From Parcubacteria group bacterium GW2011_GWA1_40_21 (GTDB taxonomy: Bacteria; Patescibacteriota; Minisyncoccia; Phycocordibacterales; GWA1-40-21), in contig LBYO01000002.1 of the NCBI GenBank assembly GCA_000996205.1, positions 1 through 52,148 on the forward strand: a stretch of 52,148 nt of DNA, written 5' to 3'. The notes under the pieces are model-generated. The model worked only from the letters and a program-made list of their open reading frames with translations, made no database searches and was not told where the DNA came from. This document shows, piece after piece, positions 16,339 to 26,693 of the stretch. A program made the translations under genes and the position numbers. Every line of letters starts with the position of its first letter. The first letter of the stretch is position 1.

Positions 16339-16914
16339 ATGAGAAAATTGATATTTGATATTGAGACGAAAAATTCTTTTCAAGAAGTCGGGAGCAACAA
16401 TCCGGCAGATTTGGATATTTCTGTTGTCTGCGTCTACGACTATAAATCAGATCAATACAATAGTTATTTGGAAAAAGATTTTAAAAATCTCTGGCCGATT
16501 ATTGAAAAAGCCGATATGCTTATTGGCTACAATTCCGAACATTTTGACACTCCTCTCTTGAATAAATATTATCCGGGCGACCTAACCAAAATTAAAAATT
16601 TGGACATCCTCAAAGAAATAAAAAGCTCGCTCGGCAGGAGAATAAAGCTGGACACTATCGCCGAAGCTACTCTCGGCAAGAAAAAGACAGGTCACGGACT
16701 TGAAGCCATTACTTGGTGGAAGAATGGCGAGGTGGATAAAATAATCAAATACTGTCTGGAAGATGTGAAAATAACCAAAGAAGTCTATGAGTACGCCCTC
16801 AAAAACGGATTACTCAAATATAAAGATGGAAATGAATTGAAAGAAATAAAACTGGACGTGAGCCATTGGGAAGAGGAAATCGCAAGTTCAATAACGCATA
16901 CTCTGCCGTTTTAG
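16339..16914 (+). CDS. RNase H-like / DEDD exonuclease-fold protein (YprB/RNase_H_2-like)
   Basis: FDIET, IGYNSEHFD, LDIL, YCLEDV acidic motifs. Confidence 0.8.
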   Translation: MRKLIFDIETKNSFQEVGSNNPADLDISVVCVYDYKSDQYNSYLEKDFKNLWPIIEKADMLIGYNSEHFDTPLLNKYYPGDLTKIKNLDILKEIKSSLGRRIKLDTIAEATLGKKKTGHGLEAITWWKNGEVDKIIKYCLEDVKITKEVYEYALKNGLLKYKDGNELKEIKLDVSHWEEEIASSITHTLPF

Positions 16915-17044
16915 AATTTTGAGTCACAAAAATGCTTCTGAATCTGATGCGAAATTAAGTTATTTTGTAAATAAAAAAACTGCTCAACTATTTAATATCT
17001 AAACAAGATAAGTAATAGGTGAGCAGAGTATTAATAGATTAATG

Positions 17045-17607
17045 CTAACTGAAACATTTTTTAAAACAGAAATCCGTATACGGTACTAACAAAAATTTGG
17101 CTAAAACTAAAATGATAATAGGAAATAATAAGAATACTAATATGTCCGTGTATATATTATTCTTGATAAATAGAGTTTTTCCACGGAGTCTTATCTCTGA
17201 TATTCCTCTCTTGTGTTCATAACTATCTTTGGCCCACACAATAAAGTTTTTTTATTATCATGCCAGTATTTAATTTGATAGACCAATCGATAGTTATTGT
17301 TAAAATAACTTGAATACTCACTTTCTATCTTAACTGTCACTTTCCCATTTCCCTCTGTCAATTTCTTAAACGAATCCAGATCAATCAATGAATAATAGAC
17401 TGCGGGATCGTCCGATTGAGAAACAGGATCAAGATATGGCATCACTGAGACAACATCATTTGATATATCATTTTTCAACTCATAATTGCTTGGTAGCCAG
17501 ATAATTACCGATTCTAGTGAAGGTCGAGCCAAAAAGATAAACTCTAAAATAATAATCCCGCCTAAAATAAACATGTTAAATCCAACTTTTCGTGATTTAT
17601 TGCTCAT
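17045..17607 (-). CDS. Hypothetical membrane protein, present as two overlapping ORFs (17191-17607 and 17045-17239), possibly one frameshifted gene
   Basis: N-terminal TM in first ORF, C-terminal TM in second, A7 run at the junction; SD GGAGG upstream of 17607. Confidence 0.5.
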
Positions 17608-17793
17608 TTATATCCTCCGTATATACTGCAAATTTCATTTCACTTAATTTAGCTGACTAACACTAGTCGCTTAGCCGTTATTTCAAAAAACAAATTTATT
17701 TCATTTAAGCACCCTTTAACATGAGTGTCAAGTTTTTTTCACAATTTTTTCACAATAAATTCCGTTTACACAAACACATAATTTTCATTAAAC

Positions 17794-18579
17794 CTACTCA
17801 ATAAGCAAAAACGAGAACATTAGGGCTATGCCGCCAAGTATGGAAATGAATTGAATCGCGGATTTTTTTGGGTCCGATGTTTTGTGGATTTCAGGGACGA
17901 GGTCCGAACCAGCGATGTAGATGAATCCGCCGGCAGCGATGGAAATTATGAACGGTGTGAATCCTTCTATTTTAGCGCCAAGCAGTAGAGCGATGATTAC
18001 TCCAAGGACTGCTGACAGAGCAGAATAAAAATTAAAAAGCAGAGCCTTGAATTTGGAAAAACCGTAGTGAAGAAGCAAGCCGAATTGCCCTATCTCTTGA
18101 GGTATCTCATGAAGAATGACTGCTATTGTCGTGGTGATTCCGACCTCTATGCTTACCATATAACTCGCGGCGATAATTATGCCGTCAAGAAAATTGTGAG
18201 CGGTATCGCTTAAAAGTATCATATAGCCTGCCGGTTTGATTTGTGTTTCCTCCTTGTGAACTTCAGAGTGGACTTCGCAAACCTCATCGGCTTCAGTATG
18301 GCTGTGCCGCCAATGGATGAATTTTTCAAGAACAAAAAAAATTATTATTCCCAGAAGAATAAAGGCGGAGATTACCGAACCGGAAATTCCGCTTTCAAAA
18401 GCCTCGGGTATGAGGTGCACAAAAGTGTCTCCGAAAAGCGCGCCTACGGAAAAACTGACCAAAACGAATATAATTCCTTTCAAAATTTTTTCATTTACGG
18501 AAATAAAAAATAGCCCAACAAAAGAAATCAGGCTGACGATGAGAACACTGACACCGCTGTATATTGATACGGTTAGCAT
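17794..18579 (-). CDS. ZIP family divalent metal transporter
   Basis: HLIPEA, His-rich loop, HNFLDG, HEIPQEIG, GGFIYIAGSDLVPE. Confidence 0.92.
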   Translation of the reverse strand: MLTVSIYSGVSVLIVSLISFVGLFFISVNEKILKGIIFVLVSFSVGALFGDTFVHLIPEAFESGISGSVISAFILLGIIIFFVLEKFIHWRHSHTEADEVCEVHSEVHKEETQIKPAGYMILLSDTAHNFLDGIIIAASYMVSIEVGITTTIAVILHEIPQEIGQFGLLLHYGFSKFKALLFNFYSALSAVLGVIIALLLGAKIEGFTPFIISIAAGGFIYIAGSDLVPEIHKTSDPKKSAIQFISILGGIALMFSFLLIE

Positions 18580-18659
18580 TTTATAAAATCATAACTTTAT
18601 CATTATTATAATATAAAGTATGATATAATGTATCTTAATATAAATTAATTTATAAAAAA

Positions 18660-19382
18660 ATGGAAGAAAAAAAAAGAAATAATTTTATGATTCCCGTGGC
18701 GATAATTGTCGCCGGAGCTTTAATCGCGGTAGCTTTATTTTTGACAAACAAGGACGAAAATCCGTCCGCAGGCGAAAAAATAGCCGGGGAAAGCGCGCAG
18801 AATGAAATCCAAATTGAACAGGTCACCGCCGACGACCATATTCTTGGAAATCCGAAAGCTCCCATAATGATTGTTGAATTCTCCGACACGGAATGTCCTT
18901 TCTGCAAGAATTTCCATCAGACTATGCACGCGACCATAGACACCTACGGCAAAACAGGCAAAGTCGCTTGGGTTTATAGGCATTTCCCGATAGACCAGCT
19001 TCATTCCAAAGCCAGAAAAGAGGCGGAAGCGACGGAATGCGCCGCGGAGCTTGGGGGTAATGAAGGATTTTGGAAATACATAGACTTGTTATACAAGAAA
19101 ACGCCTTCAAATAACGGGCTTGACTTGTCTCTTTTGCCGCAAATCGCGGAAGAGAGTGGTTTGGACAAAACCGAATTCAAGACTTGCTTGGATAGCGGAA
19201 AATACGCCGATAAGGTTGAGAAAAATTATCAAGATGCGGTCGCGGCTGGAGGGCAAGGAACGCCTTACACGGTAATCATCACTAAATACGAAAAAATCCC
19301 TATCAGCGAAGGCGCAATTCCTTTCAGCGGAGGACCTGTGAATATGAAGCTTATTCTTGATGATCTTATAAGCAAGAATTAG
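18660..19382 (+). CDS. DsbA-family thiol-disulfide oxidoreductase
   Basis: N-terminal anchor, EFSDTECPFCK, YRHFP, GTP. Confidence 0.92.
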   Translation: MEEKKRNNFMIPVAIIVAGALIAVALFLTNKDENPSAGEKIAGESAQNEIQIEQVTADDHILGNPKAPIMIVEFSDTECPFCKNFHQTMHATIDTYGKTGKVAWVYRHFPIDQLHSKARKEAEATECAAELGGNEGFWKYIDLLYKKTPSNNGLDLSLLPQIAEESGLDKTEFKTCLDSGKYADKVEKNYQDAVAAGGQGTPYTVIITKYEKIPISEGAIPFSGGPVNMKLILDDLISKN

Positions 19383-19437
19383 AATTATTTAGATCCAAGT
19401 TAATTTAAAAGAAGAGAGGCAAAAAAAATAAATTACT

Positions 19438-19743
19438 ATGATTATAACTATTAGTTTATTGTTTGTTATATTAATATTTTCTTTTATATTTGGTATTTTT
19501 TTACTGAATAATAAAGAAATGTCCAATTTTTCAAGAATTTTTTGGACATTTTTTACTCCTTTATTGCTGTATTTTTCTTTATTTTTAATTTTTGAGAGAT
19601 TTAATTTGCCCAAAAAAGTTGGAATCGTAAGTGAATTTCCTGGATTAATATTTCTTATAGCTGTTATAGGATTCTTTGTAGTTAATTATTTAATGCTGAC
19701 ATTTTATATTATTTATAAAAAGAGGGCTAAAGGCAATTTTTAA
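19438..19743 (+). CDS. Hypothetical small membrane protein
   Basis: 101 aa, three hydrophobic segments, very low GC. Confidence 0.5.
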   Translation: MIITISLLFVILIFSFIFGIFLLNNKEMSNFSRIFWTFFTPLLLYFSLFLIFERFNLPKKVGIVSEFPGLIFLIAVIGFFVVNYLMLTFYIIYKKRAKGNF

Positions 19744-19801
19744 TTATTTTTTATAGATAAATTTAAACTCGAAATGTTAGGCTTAATTTATAAAAATAAA
19801 T

Positions 19802-22800
19802 TTAAGCGAGCCCCATCATCCCGCGCAACTCGCAGTGTTCGCATTTTTTGTTGTCGCATTTTTTGTCCCAGAATGAAAAAGTTGCAATTTCTTTCACAAT
19901 CCTTTTGATTTCCTCGGCAAGAGCTTGAGTGTCTTCATCGGAAATGTCTAATTTTTCCTTATGATACTTCACAGCGTCATCCGGCTCGGTGAAATCTATT
20001 TCCCCCGATGTCATTCTGTATTTCCCTTTCTCATAGTTATCCAAAAGAAGTTTGTAAAATACGAGCTGGCGTTTGTAATCGCCTTTTGAATTTTTTGTTT
20101 TTCCTTCTATTTCATTCCGGCTTTTCGGCTTGGAAGTTTTGTAGTCAACGACATTGACATTTCCGTCTTCATCAATTTCCAATTTGTCCAATTTCCCTTT
20201 GAGAAGAATAGATTCTTCTCCGCTCTCCGTCTTTTCAATTGGCAGAAAAATGCCACCGATATTGAACTCGTTTATGATAGATCTTCTCCACTTCCCTTTA
20301 TAAAAATCATAGTAACCGCCGAGAGACTTTCCCCCTTTTTCAAGCGATTCTTCAAAATCCCTGTCGGAGAGAGGCTGTTTCATCAGATAATTTCTAAATA
20401 AATCCAGAAAATCTTTTCGGCTCATATCCTCCTCGTTTTTGTATTTATCAAAAAAATGACTTAATGCCGCGTGAACCGCCGTGCCGTACATCTGGTGCTT
20501 GCTTTGGGATTTTGGCAAACGGATTAGGTTATTAAAAAAATAATTCCACGGACAATTAAGGTAATTATTTATTGCCGTAACGGAAAGTCCTTGTTCAAAA
20601 AAAATCTTTTTAAGATATTCTTTGTCTTTAATGTCCGCTCCGGCGCTCTTTGCCTCCGAAAAAGCCGATTCTTTTTGACGCGAATATTTCTCTTCAAGAT
20701 CTTTCGTGTCAACGACATTAAGATGCGAGCCGTCAATCTCTCCGATAAACTGGGAAGGCAAAAGTTTTTCTCCATTTTCTCCTTCTAAAGAATATGTTAT
20801 CGCCGCTTCTTTTTTGGCTCTTGTCATCGCCACATAGAAAAGTCTGCGCTCATCGTCAATCTGAGAGCCTGCCTGAACAGATTCTCCGCTCATCGGTATT
20901 TTGAAATTCCTGATTTCCCTTTTGTTGCCCCAATGACCGTCAGTCGCTCCGACGATATAAACGAATTCATATTCAAGCCCTTTTGATTTGTGCGCCGTCA
21001 TAATCCTCACGCCTCTGTTGCCAACTTTTTTAGAATTGGATTTTATGGAAATGCCATGATTTTCCAATATATCCAAATAATCCACGAAATCACGAAGTCT
21101 GTAATCCTTATGATTTTGAGCCAGTTTTTTTATTTCTTCAAACAGCGTATCAAGCCGAGCAAGTTTTTCCGCGGAATTATTAAGCGAAAGGAGGTGATTC
21201 AAGAATCCGGAATCTCGAACGAGAGTTTCAAAAAAATCAAGGATGTTTTTATTTTGGGAAAGACGGCTCCACTTTATAAGATTGTTGAAAATTAAAATTA
21301 TTTTTTCGGACTGTTCCGCTCCGGCTTCTTTGAGTTTCGCCGAGCTTCTCAATATGTCAACGAGTCGGCTTTTTTTTGAAGCACAGTAACGCAATATTTT
21401 CAAAACATCCATATAATCAATATTCAAAAAATCAAAACACAGAACACGAGAAAGAAATTCGTCATTATTCAGATCATTTAACGAACGGGCGACAATTAAA
21501 AGCTTCAAAATTTCTTCATCTGAAAAAAGATTCTTATCGGATTCAATGGCGAACGGAATGCCGGCTTTAGCAAGCGAGCGGGAAATATTGGAAGCGTCCC
21601 TATTCTCCCTGTGAAGTATGGCTATCTCGTTCGGATTAACTCCCTCTTTAATCTTTTTCTGAATATCATCGGTCAAAAAGTCCATTTCATATCTGAATTT
21701 TGAGAAAGGATAAAGCGACAGCGCGATATTTTTGTGTCCGGCATTTGCTTTGAGTTTCACCCGCAGGCTCTCGTCTTTCAGAATATTTTTGCCGATAAGG
21801 CTATGGGAGGCATCTAAAATCGTCTGGGTTGAACGATAATTGTCATCTAGCCGCACAATCAAAGCTTCCGGATAAATATTTTTGAAGTAGAGAAAATTGT
21901 CCAGGGAAGCTCCTTGGAAACGGAATATCGCCTGTTTTTCGTCGCCGACGACGAAAAGGTTGGGATTTTCGTGAAAGCCTGAAATCAGTTCCAGCATTTT
22001 ATTCTGGGCGCTGTTGGCGTCTTGATGTTCATCGGCCAAAATGTATTGATATTTTTCCTGCAATTCCAAGAGAAGTCCTTTATCGCGGGTGAGGGATTTT
22101 ATAGCCTCAAGTATCATATCTTCATAGTCATACAGTCTCTTTTCCATCAAAGATTTTTCGTATTGTTTGTAGACGATCAAAAGCTCTTTATTTTTTTCAA
22201 TGCTTTTTTCAATATCCTTATACTTCCCTTTCATCTCTCCTTCATATTTACCGTTCTTGTGATACAAGTCTTCTGTGTTGGAAAAATTTTTCTCCTGCTC
22301 TTTAGTAATTTCAGCCAGATTTTCCGGACTCACATTTTCCCTTTTTAAATTCCTTATTTCGGAAATTATCGGCCGGATATGATAAAAAGGGTCGCCGTAA
22401 GGCTTGAGTTTCTGAAGCTTTGTGGAGCTTATTATTTCTTCCAGAATTTTAATTTGGTCAATGTCAGTGGCGTTGTTGGAGCCGATTATTCTCGGAAATT
22501 CTTCCGGATAATTTTTAATTATTTCATTGGCAAAGCCGTGAAAGGTATTGATGTTCACTTTGTAAGCCACGCTTCCGATGATGTCCGCCAATTTCTGGCG
22601 CATTGAGTGAACCCCAGATTCGGTGAAAGTCAGCGCGAGAATACTATCCGGAGTCGTATCGGTTTTCGCCAAAATATTGGCGATGCGAAGCGTGAGGATT
22701 GAAGTCTTCCCTGTTCCCGGTCCGGCGATTACCATAACCGGCCCTTCAATCGCGTCCACCGCTTCCTTCTGCCGAGGGTTTAATTTCTTGTATAATTCTT

Positions 22801-22819
22801 CAAATTTTGAAGTTTTCAT
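19802..22819 (-). CDS. UvrD/PcrA-family SF1 helicase fused to PD-(D/E)xK nuclease
   Basis: AGPGTGKT, DEHQD, VGDEKQAIFRFQGA, NYRS, TAHKSKGLE, ERRLFYVAMTRA; C-terminal GKLDKL..VVDYKT and Cys cluster. Confidence 0.92.
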   Translation of the reverse strand: MKTSKFEELYKKLNPRQKEAVDAIEGPVMVIAGPGTGKTSILTLRIANILAKTDTTPDSILALTFTESGVHSMRQKLADIIGSVAYKVNINTFHGFANEIIKNYPEEFPRIIGSNNATDIDQIKILEEIISSTKLQKLKPYGDPFYHIRPIISEIRNLKRENVSPENLAEITKEQEKNFSNTEDLYHKNGKYEGEMKGKYKDIEKSIEKNKELLIVYKQYEKSLMEKRLYDYEDMILEAIKSLTRDKGLLLELQEKYQYILADEHQDANSAQNKMLELISGFHENPNLFVVGDEKQAIFRFQGASLDNFLYFKNIYPEALIVRLDDNYRSTQTILDASHSLIGKNILKDESLRVKLKANAGHKNIALSLYPFSKFRYEMDFLTDDIQKKIKEGVNPNEIAILHRENRDASNISRSLAKAGIPFAIESDKNLFSDEEILKLLIVARSLNDLNNDEFLSRVLCFDFLNIDYMDVLKILRYCASKKSRLVDILRSSAKLKEAGAEQSEKIILIFNNLIKWSRLSQNKNILDFFETLVRDSGFLNHLLSLNNSAEKLARLDTLFEEIKKLAQNHKDYRLRDFVDYLDILENHGISIKSNSKKVGNRGVRIMTAHKSKGLEYEFVYIVGATDGHWGNKREIRNFKIPMSGESVQAGSQIDDERRLFYVAMTRAKKEAAITYSLEGENGEKLLPSQFIGEIDGSHLNVVDTKDLEEKYSRQKESAFSEAKSAGADIKDKEYLKKIFFEQGLSVTAINNYLNCPWNYFFNNLIRLPKSQSKHQMYGTAVHAALSHFFDKYKNEEDMSRKDFLDLFRNYLMKQPLSDRDFEESLEKGGKSLGGYYDFYKGKWRRSIINEFNIGGIFLPIEKTESGEESILLKGKLDKLEIDEDGNVNVVDYKTSKPKSRNEIEGKTKNSKGDYKRQLVFYKLLLDNYEKGKYRMTSGEIDFTEPDDAVKYHKEKLDISDEDTQALAEEIKRIVKEIATFSFWDKKCDNKKCEHCELRGMMGLA

Positions 22820-22845
22820 TGGCGTAAATTATAACACGGAGACTA

Positions 22846-23002
22846 ATACCATCCCCAATTAATCATTTCCGCCAATCCTCCAAAATAGCGGGCTACGACT
22901 TTGAGGAAAATCCTCAACATATCTCGATATGCCTCGTATTTTCCTCTTCGTCTCGCCTCGCTATTTTGGACGCTAACGGAAAGCATTAATTGGGGATGGT
23001 AT
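22846..23002. mobile_element. MITE-like element with 18-bp terminal inverted repeats
   Basis: ATACCATCCCCAATTAAT ... ATTAATTGGGGATGGTAT with nested internal inverted repeats; no coding capacity. Confidence 0.75.
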
Positions 23003-23017
23003 AAGGTTGATTTATGT

Positions 23018-23060
23018 AAAATCCCCACCGCAAATTTATTTATTCACGGCGGGGATTTTT
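23018..23060. terminator. Bidirectional terminator-like hairpin
   Basis: AAAATCCCCACCG ... CGGCGGGGATTTTT. Confidence 0.65.
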
Positions 23061-23068
23061 ATTCCATT

Positions 23069-23422
23069 TTAAAAACTTGCAGATGAAACTTGTCCGGAGG
23101 CGGAGTAAATTTGTTGCTTCTCTTTTTCTTTTTCCGTAGTGACGCAAAAATTGCATATCTTGAAACATCCATTGACGGCAATCCCTCCAAACATTACGGC
23201 ATTTTTAATGGATGTTGTGTAGGGATAAGGAATTCTTTTCCATTCATTATTAATCTCCAAATCCCCGCACTTCGGACACGTATTAACCAGGTATCGATTC
23301 AACAGAATGTCGAATTCACGTCCGGTAATCTTATCCCAAAATTTTTTAAAAGACTCCTTTAAAAAATTTTGTTTCTTGACTGCCTTTTTCCCTGCAGGCG
23401 CAACAATAGGACCTTCGCACAT
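23069..23422 (-). CDS. Hypothetical protein with putative zinc ribbon
   Basis: CPKC and CNFC pairs; strong SD AGGAGGT. Confidence 0.65.
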   Translation of the reverse strand: MCEGPIVAPAGKKAVKKQNFLKESFKKFWDKITGREFDILLNRYLVNTCPKCGDLEINNEWKRIPYPYTTSIKNAVMFGGIAVNGCFKICNFCVTTEKEKEKQQIYSASGQVSSASF

Positions 23423-23532
23423 TTAACACCTCCTTTCATTTAAATAAAATAAATAGGGAACAATTTTTATTATTATTGCCTAAAAATAAACTTAAATCAA
23501 GCAAGCTGAATTTGTAAAGTTTTGGACACCCA

Positions 23533-23570
23533 AACTTGGAAACCGAGTTTGGAAACCGAGTTTCCAAGTT
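23533..23570. repeat. TTGGA..TCCAA-family palindrome with internal 13-nt tandem duplication
   Basis: AACTTGGAAACCGAGT-TTGGAAACCGAGT-TTCCAAGTT just after the rpoD stop. Confidence 0.8.
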
Positions 23571-23577
23571 GGCGATT

Positions 23578-24771
23578 CTAATAATTCCTCAATCGGTTTA
23601 TCTTTTCGTGGATTCTTATTTTTTCGTGGGCTTTTGCTTCAATTTGTCTGATGCGCTCTCTGGTGACGCCGAATTCCCTGCCGACTTCTTCAAGCGTATG
23701 GGTTATTCCGTCACCTAAACCGTGCCTCATTTCAAGGATTTTTTTCTCTTTGGGAGAAAGGTCGCCGAGTATTTCTTTGACTTGGTCGGACAAAATTCTC
23801 CTTGAAGAATCCTGATCGGGAGAAAGAATTTTGTCGTCGGCTATGAAATCGCCCAGAGTTGATTTACCGTCATCGCCTTCATCGCCGACAGGGCTTTCCA
23901 AAGACACAGTATCCTGGTCAATTTTTTCAATATTATAAATTTTTTCAACTTCCAACCCCATCTCTGTGGCAATTTCCTCCGGCATAGGTTCACGCCCGAG
24001 ATCTTGAGAGAGTCTGCGAACAACTTGTTTGTATTTGGCGATGGTTTCAACCATATGCACCGGCACTCTGATAGTTCTAGACTGATCAGCTAACGCTCTC
24101 GTTATCGCTTGCCTGATCCACCATGTGGCGTAAGTGGAAAATTTATAACCTTTGGTCCAATCAAATTTATCAACCGCCCTAAATAATCCGAGGTTTCCTT
24201 CTTGAATAAGGTCAAGAAGGGTAAGATCAGCGCTTCTGCCAACATATTTTTTGGCGATTGACACCACAAGGCGCAAGTTCGCCCGGGCAAGAAGATTTTT
24301 CGCTTCTTCATCGCCCTGCTCTATTCTTCTTGCCAGCTCTTTTTCCATATTTGCCGAAACCAGCGCGTATTGCCCGATCTCCTTGAGATACATCTGGATT
24401 GAATCGTGAGAGGAATCGCTTTTGCCGCCATAAACATTTTTCTTGGAGGAAACCTCTTCCTGGTCAATGCTTAATATTCCCCCTCCTTCAAGAATGTCCA
24501 CTCCAGAGACAGAAAGTCGGCTATAGAGGTCATCTAAAAATACTATATCTTCTTCAATGTGCGGAAATTCTTTCAATATCTCGTCGTATGTGACAAAACC
24601 GCGCTCCTTTCCTTTAGCAAGGAGACGATCGGTTCTTGCTTTAAAGTCCTTCACTTTCTTGGCTATTTTCGGGTCTAATTTTTGTTTTTTTACTTTTATA
24701 ATCGCTTTTCTTGGAGCTTTCTTTGCTCCCCCTTTTTTCTTTAAAACTTTTTTTTGAATTTTCTTTTTCAT
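23578..24771 (-). CDS. rpoD: Primary RNA polymerase sigma-70 factor
   Basis: [61 protein letters not shown]. Confidence 0.96.
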   Translation of the reverse strand: MKKKIQKKVLKKKGGAKKAPRKAIIKVKKQKLDPKIAKKVKDFKARTDRLLAKGKERGFVTYDEILKEFPHIEEDIVFLDDLYSRLSVSGVDILEGGGILSIDQEEVSSKKNVYGGKSDSSHDSIQMYLKEIGQYALVSANMEKELARRIEQGDEEAKNLLARANLRLVVSIAKKYVGRSADLTLLDLIQEGNLGLFRAVDKFDWTKGYKFSTYATWWIRQAITRALADQSRTIRVPVHMVETIAKYKQVVRRLSQDLGREPMPEEIATEMGLEVEKIYNIEKIDQDTVSLESPVGDEGDDGKSTLGDFIADDKILSPDQDSSRRILSDQVKEILGDLSPKEKKILEMRHGLGDGITHTLEEVGREFGVTRERIRQIEAKAHEKIRIHEKINRLRNY

Positions 24772-24814
24772 ATTTGTTTATTAATTTTTAATTAAATCGC
24801 GTATAAATAAAATT

Positions 24815-26539
24815 TCATTTTCCTATTTTTTTCAAACCTTCCAATTGTTTTACCAGCGACTGGCACTTATTCAAAATTTTTCTTAATTCATCTTCCCCGC
24901 TTTTTACCCTTTCCGCGTCGTGCAGTTCTTTGATGGCGGAATCGAGTTTGATCTTCAAATATTCTTCTTCAAGGCTCAAAATAAGATTGCCTAAATCTTT
25001 CTCCGCCACCTTATTATCCGCATAATAAACTTCCGCCTCAAAAATAAGTTTGTCTTTGGAACTTTCAGGCGTTTGCGACAATTCATTAAAATCTTTCTCG
25101 CCTATTATATTTTTAAGATTTTCTTTTGCTTTATCAAGAAGCGCGAACGGTTTGTCTTTTGATTCCTGCCAAAATAATATTCCGGCAATTCTTCTTAGGA
25201 TTGAATCCTTGCGAAGCGCTTGCGGTTCATCATCTTTTCTTAATATCTTAGCATTTCCGCTCGCAAATTCATCGTTCGCAACTATTTTGACCTGTTTTAA
25301 ATCGGCCCATATCGACTCTTCTTTGATTTGAGCCGTATCGGCTATCTTTGTCACAAAGTGAGATTTCTCAATATTACTTTCAAGCGCTGAAATAAAAGGG
25401 AGTACTTTATCTTTAATTTTCATAGCTATTTTTCTCCTGTCAGACTCTTCGCTAAGAACGCGATCTAAGTAGAAATCAATTATATGTTTGGATTCTTTGA
25501 GCGACATTGCCCATTTCTCCTTATTTTTCAAAATCAGCTCTGCTGGATCAAAACCTTTCGACAATTCGGCGATTTTCACTTCCATACCGAGAGAGAGAGC
25601 AATCTGCCAAGCTCTCGCCGAAGCGTTAAAGCCGGCATTATCCGCATCAAACGCCGTAATTACTCTGTTTGACAAACGCTTGAGAATCTCAAGATGATTC
25701 GCTGTAAGAGCTGTTCCCGACGATGCCACAGCGTTCACATAGCCGGCTTGATGGCACATAATTAAATCCATCTGGCCTTCAACCAATATTGAATAGTCCA
25801 TTCTTTTTATGGCTAGTTTTGCCCTGTCAAATCCGTAAAGCACTCTTGATTTGCTGAAAAGCTCCGTCTCCGGGCTGTTCAAATATTTCGCCGACTTGCC
25901 GTCATCGCGGAGAATCCTTCCGGAAAAAGCGATGACTCTGCCCGAGCTGTCAAATATCGGGAAAATAATTCTACCTCTGAATCTGTCGTATGATCTCCCC
26001 CCGTCTTTTTTTACGAGTCCCGCTTTCTCCATTTGACTCGCGGAAAAACCTTTTGTTTTTAGGTGATTTTCCAGATTATTCCACAGAGGCGGGGCGTAGC
26101 CGATCCTCCACTCTTTTATGGTCTTGTCCGAAAGTCCGCGCTTTTTGAGATAATCGGAGGCCTCGCTTGCTACAGAAAGATTATGTTCAAAGAAAACCGT
26201 TGATTCTTCCATCGCTTCAAAAAGTTTTTCCCTCTCGTCTCTGAATTTGGGATTTTCGGAAACAAGTTCCACTCCGGCTCTCTCCGCGAGAACTTTGAGA
26301 GCGCCTCTGAAATCCAATCCTTCAAACTCTTCCACGAAAGTAAAAATATCTCCTTTCGCCCCGCATCCAAAACAATAATACGAATCGCGTTCCGGAGAAA
26401 CGAAAAAAGACGGAGTCTTTTCGTTGTGGAAAGGGCATCTCGCTTTAAAACTGTTGCCTGCTCTGTCCAGCTTGATATAAGACCCGATGAGGTCAACTAT
26501 GCCGAGCCTCTCTTTAATTTTATCAACAGAAGATGACAT
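24815..26539 (-). CDS. dnaG: DNA primase
   Basis: CPFHNEKTPSF..CFGC zinc finger, KYLNSPET, VEGQMD, FDADNAG TOPRIM. Confidence 0.97.
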   Translation of the reverse strand: MSSSVDKIKERLGIVDLIGSYIKLDRAGNSFKARCPFHNEKTPSFFVSPERDSYYCFGCGAKGDIFTFVEEFEGLDFRGALKVLAERAGVELVSENPKFRDEREKLFEAMEESTVFFEHNLSVASEASDYLKKRGLSDKTIKEWRIGYAPPLWNNLENHLKTKGFSASQMEKAGLVKKDGGRSYDRFRGRIIFPIFDSSGRVIAFSGRILRDDGKSAKYLNSPETELFSKSRVLYGFDRAKLAIKRMDYSILVEGQMDLIMCHQAGYVNAVASSGTALTANHLEILKRLSNRVITAFDADNAGFNASARAWQIALSLGMEVKIAELSKGFDPAELILKNKEKWAMSLKESKHIIDFYLDRVLSEESDRRKIAMKIKDKVLPFISALESNIEKSHFVTKIADTAQIKEESIWADLKQVKIVANDEFASGNAKILRKDDEPQALRKDSILRRIAGILFWQESKDKPFALLDKAKENLKNIIGEKDFNELSQTPESSKDKLIFEAEVYYADNKVAEKDLGNLILSLEEEYLKIKLDSAIKELHDAERVKSGEDELRKILNKCQSLVKQLEGLKKIGK

Positions 26540-26545
26540 ATTATT

Positions 26546-26687
26546 AGGTTGTAAACTAGGTTTTAGTTTCTAGGTTATAGGTTTTAGAAATTGGGATTTG
26601 ATTAGACATTAGGTCAATTAGAAATTAGAAATTTATATCAGCTTCTCTTCCCTAAACCTAACACCTATAACCTAATCGCTATAACCT
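26546..26687. repeat. Degenerate heptamer repeat tract in inverted arrangement
   Basis: AGGTTnT/TTAGAAA units then AACCTAn units; 27 nt identical to 38712-38738. Confidence 0.7.
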
Positions 26688-26693
26688 TCCCCA

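Noticed and set aside
26546..26687. CRISPR array
   Set aside because: Degenerate 7-mers without constant repeats or unique spacers; no cas genes in the window
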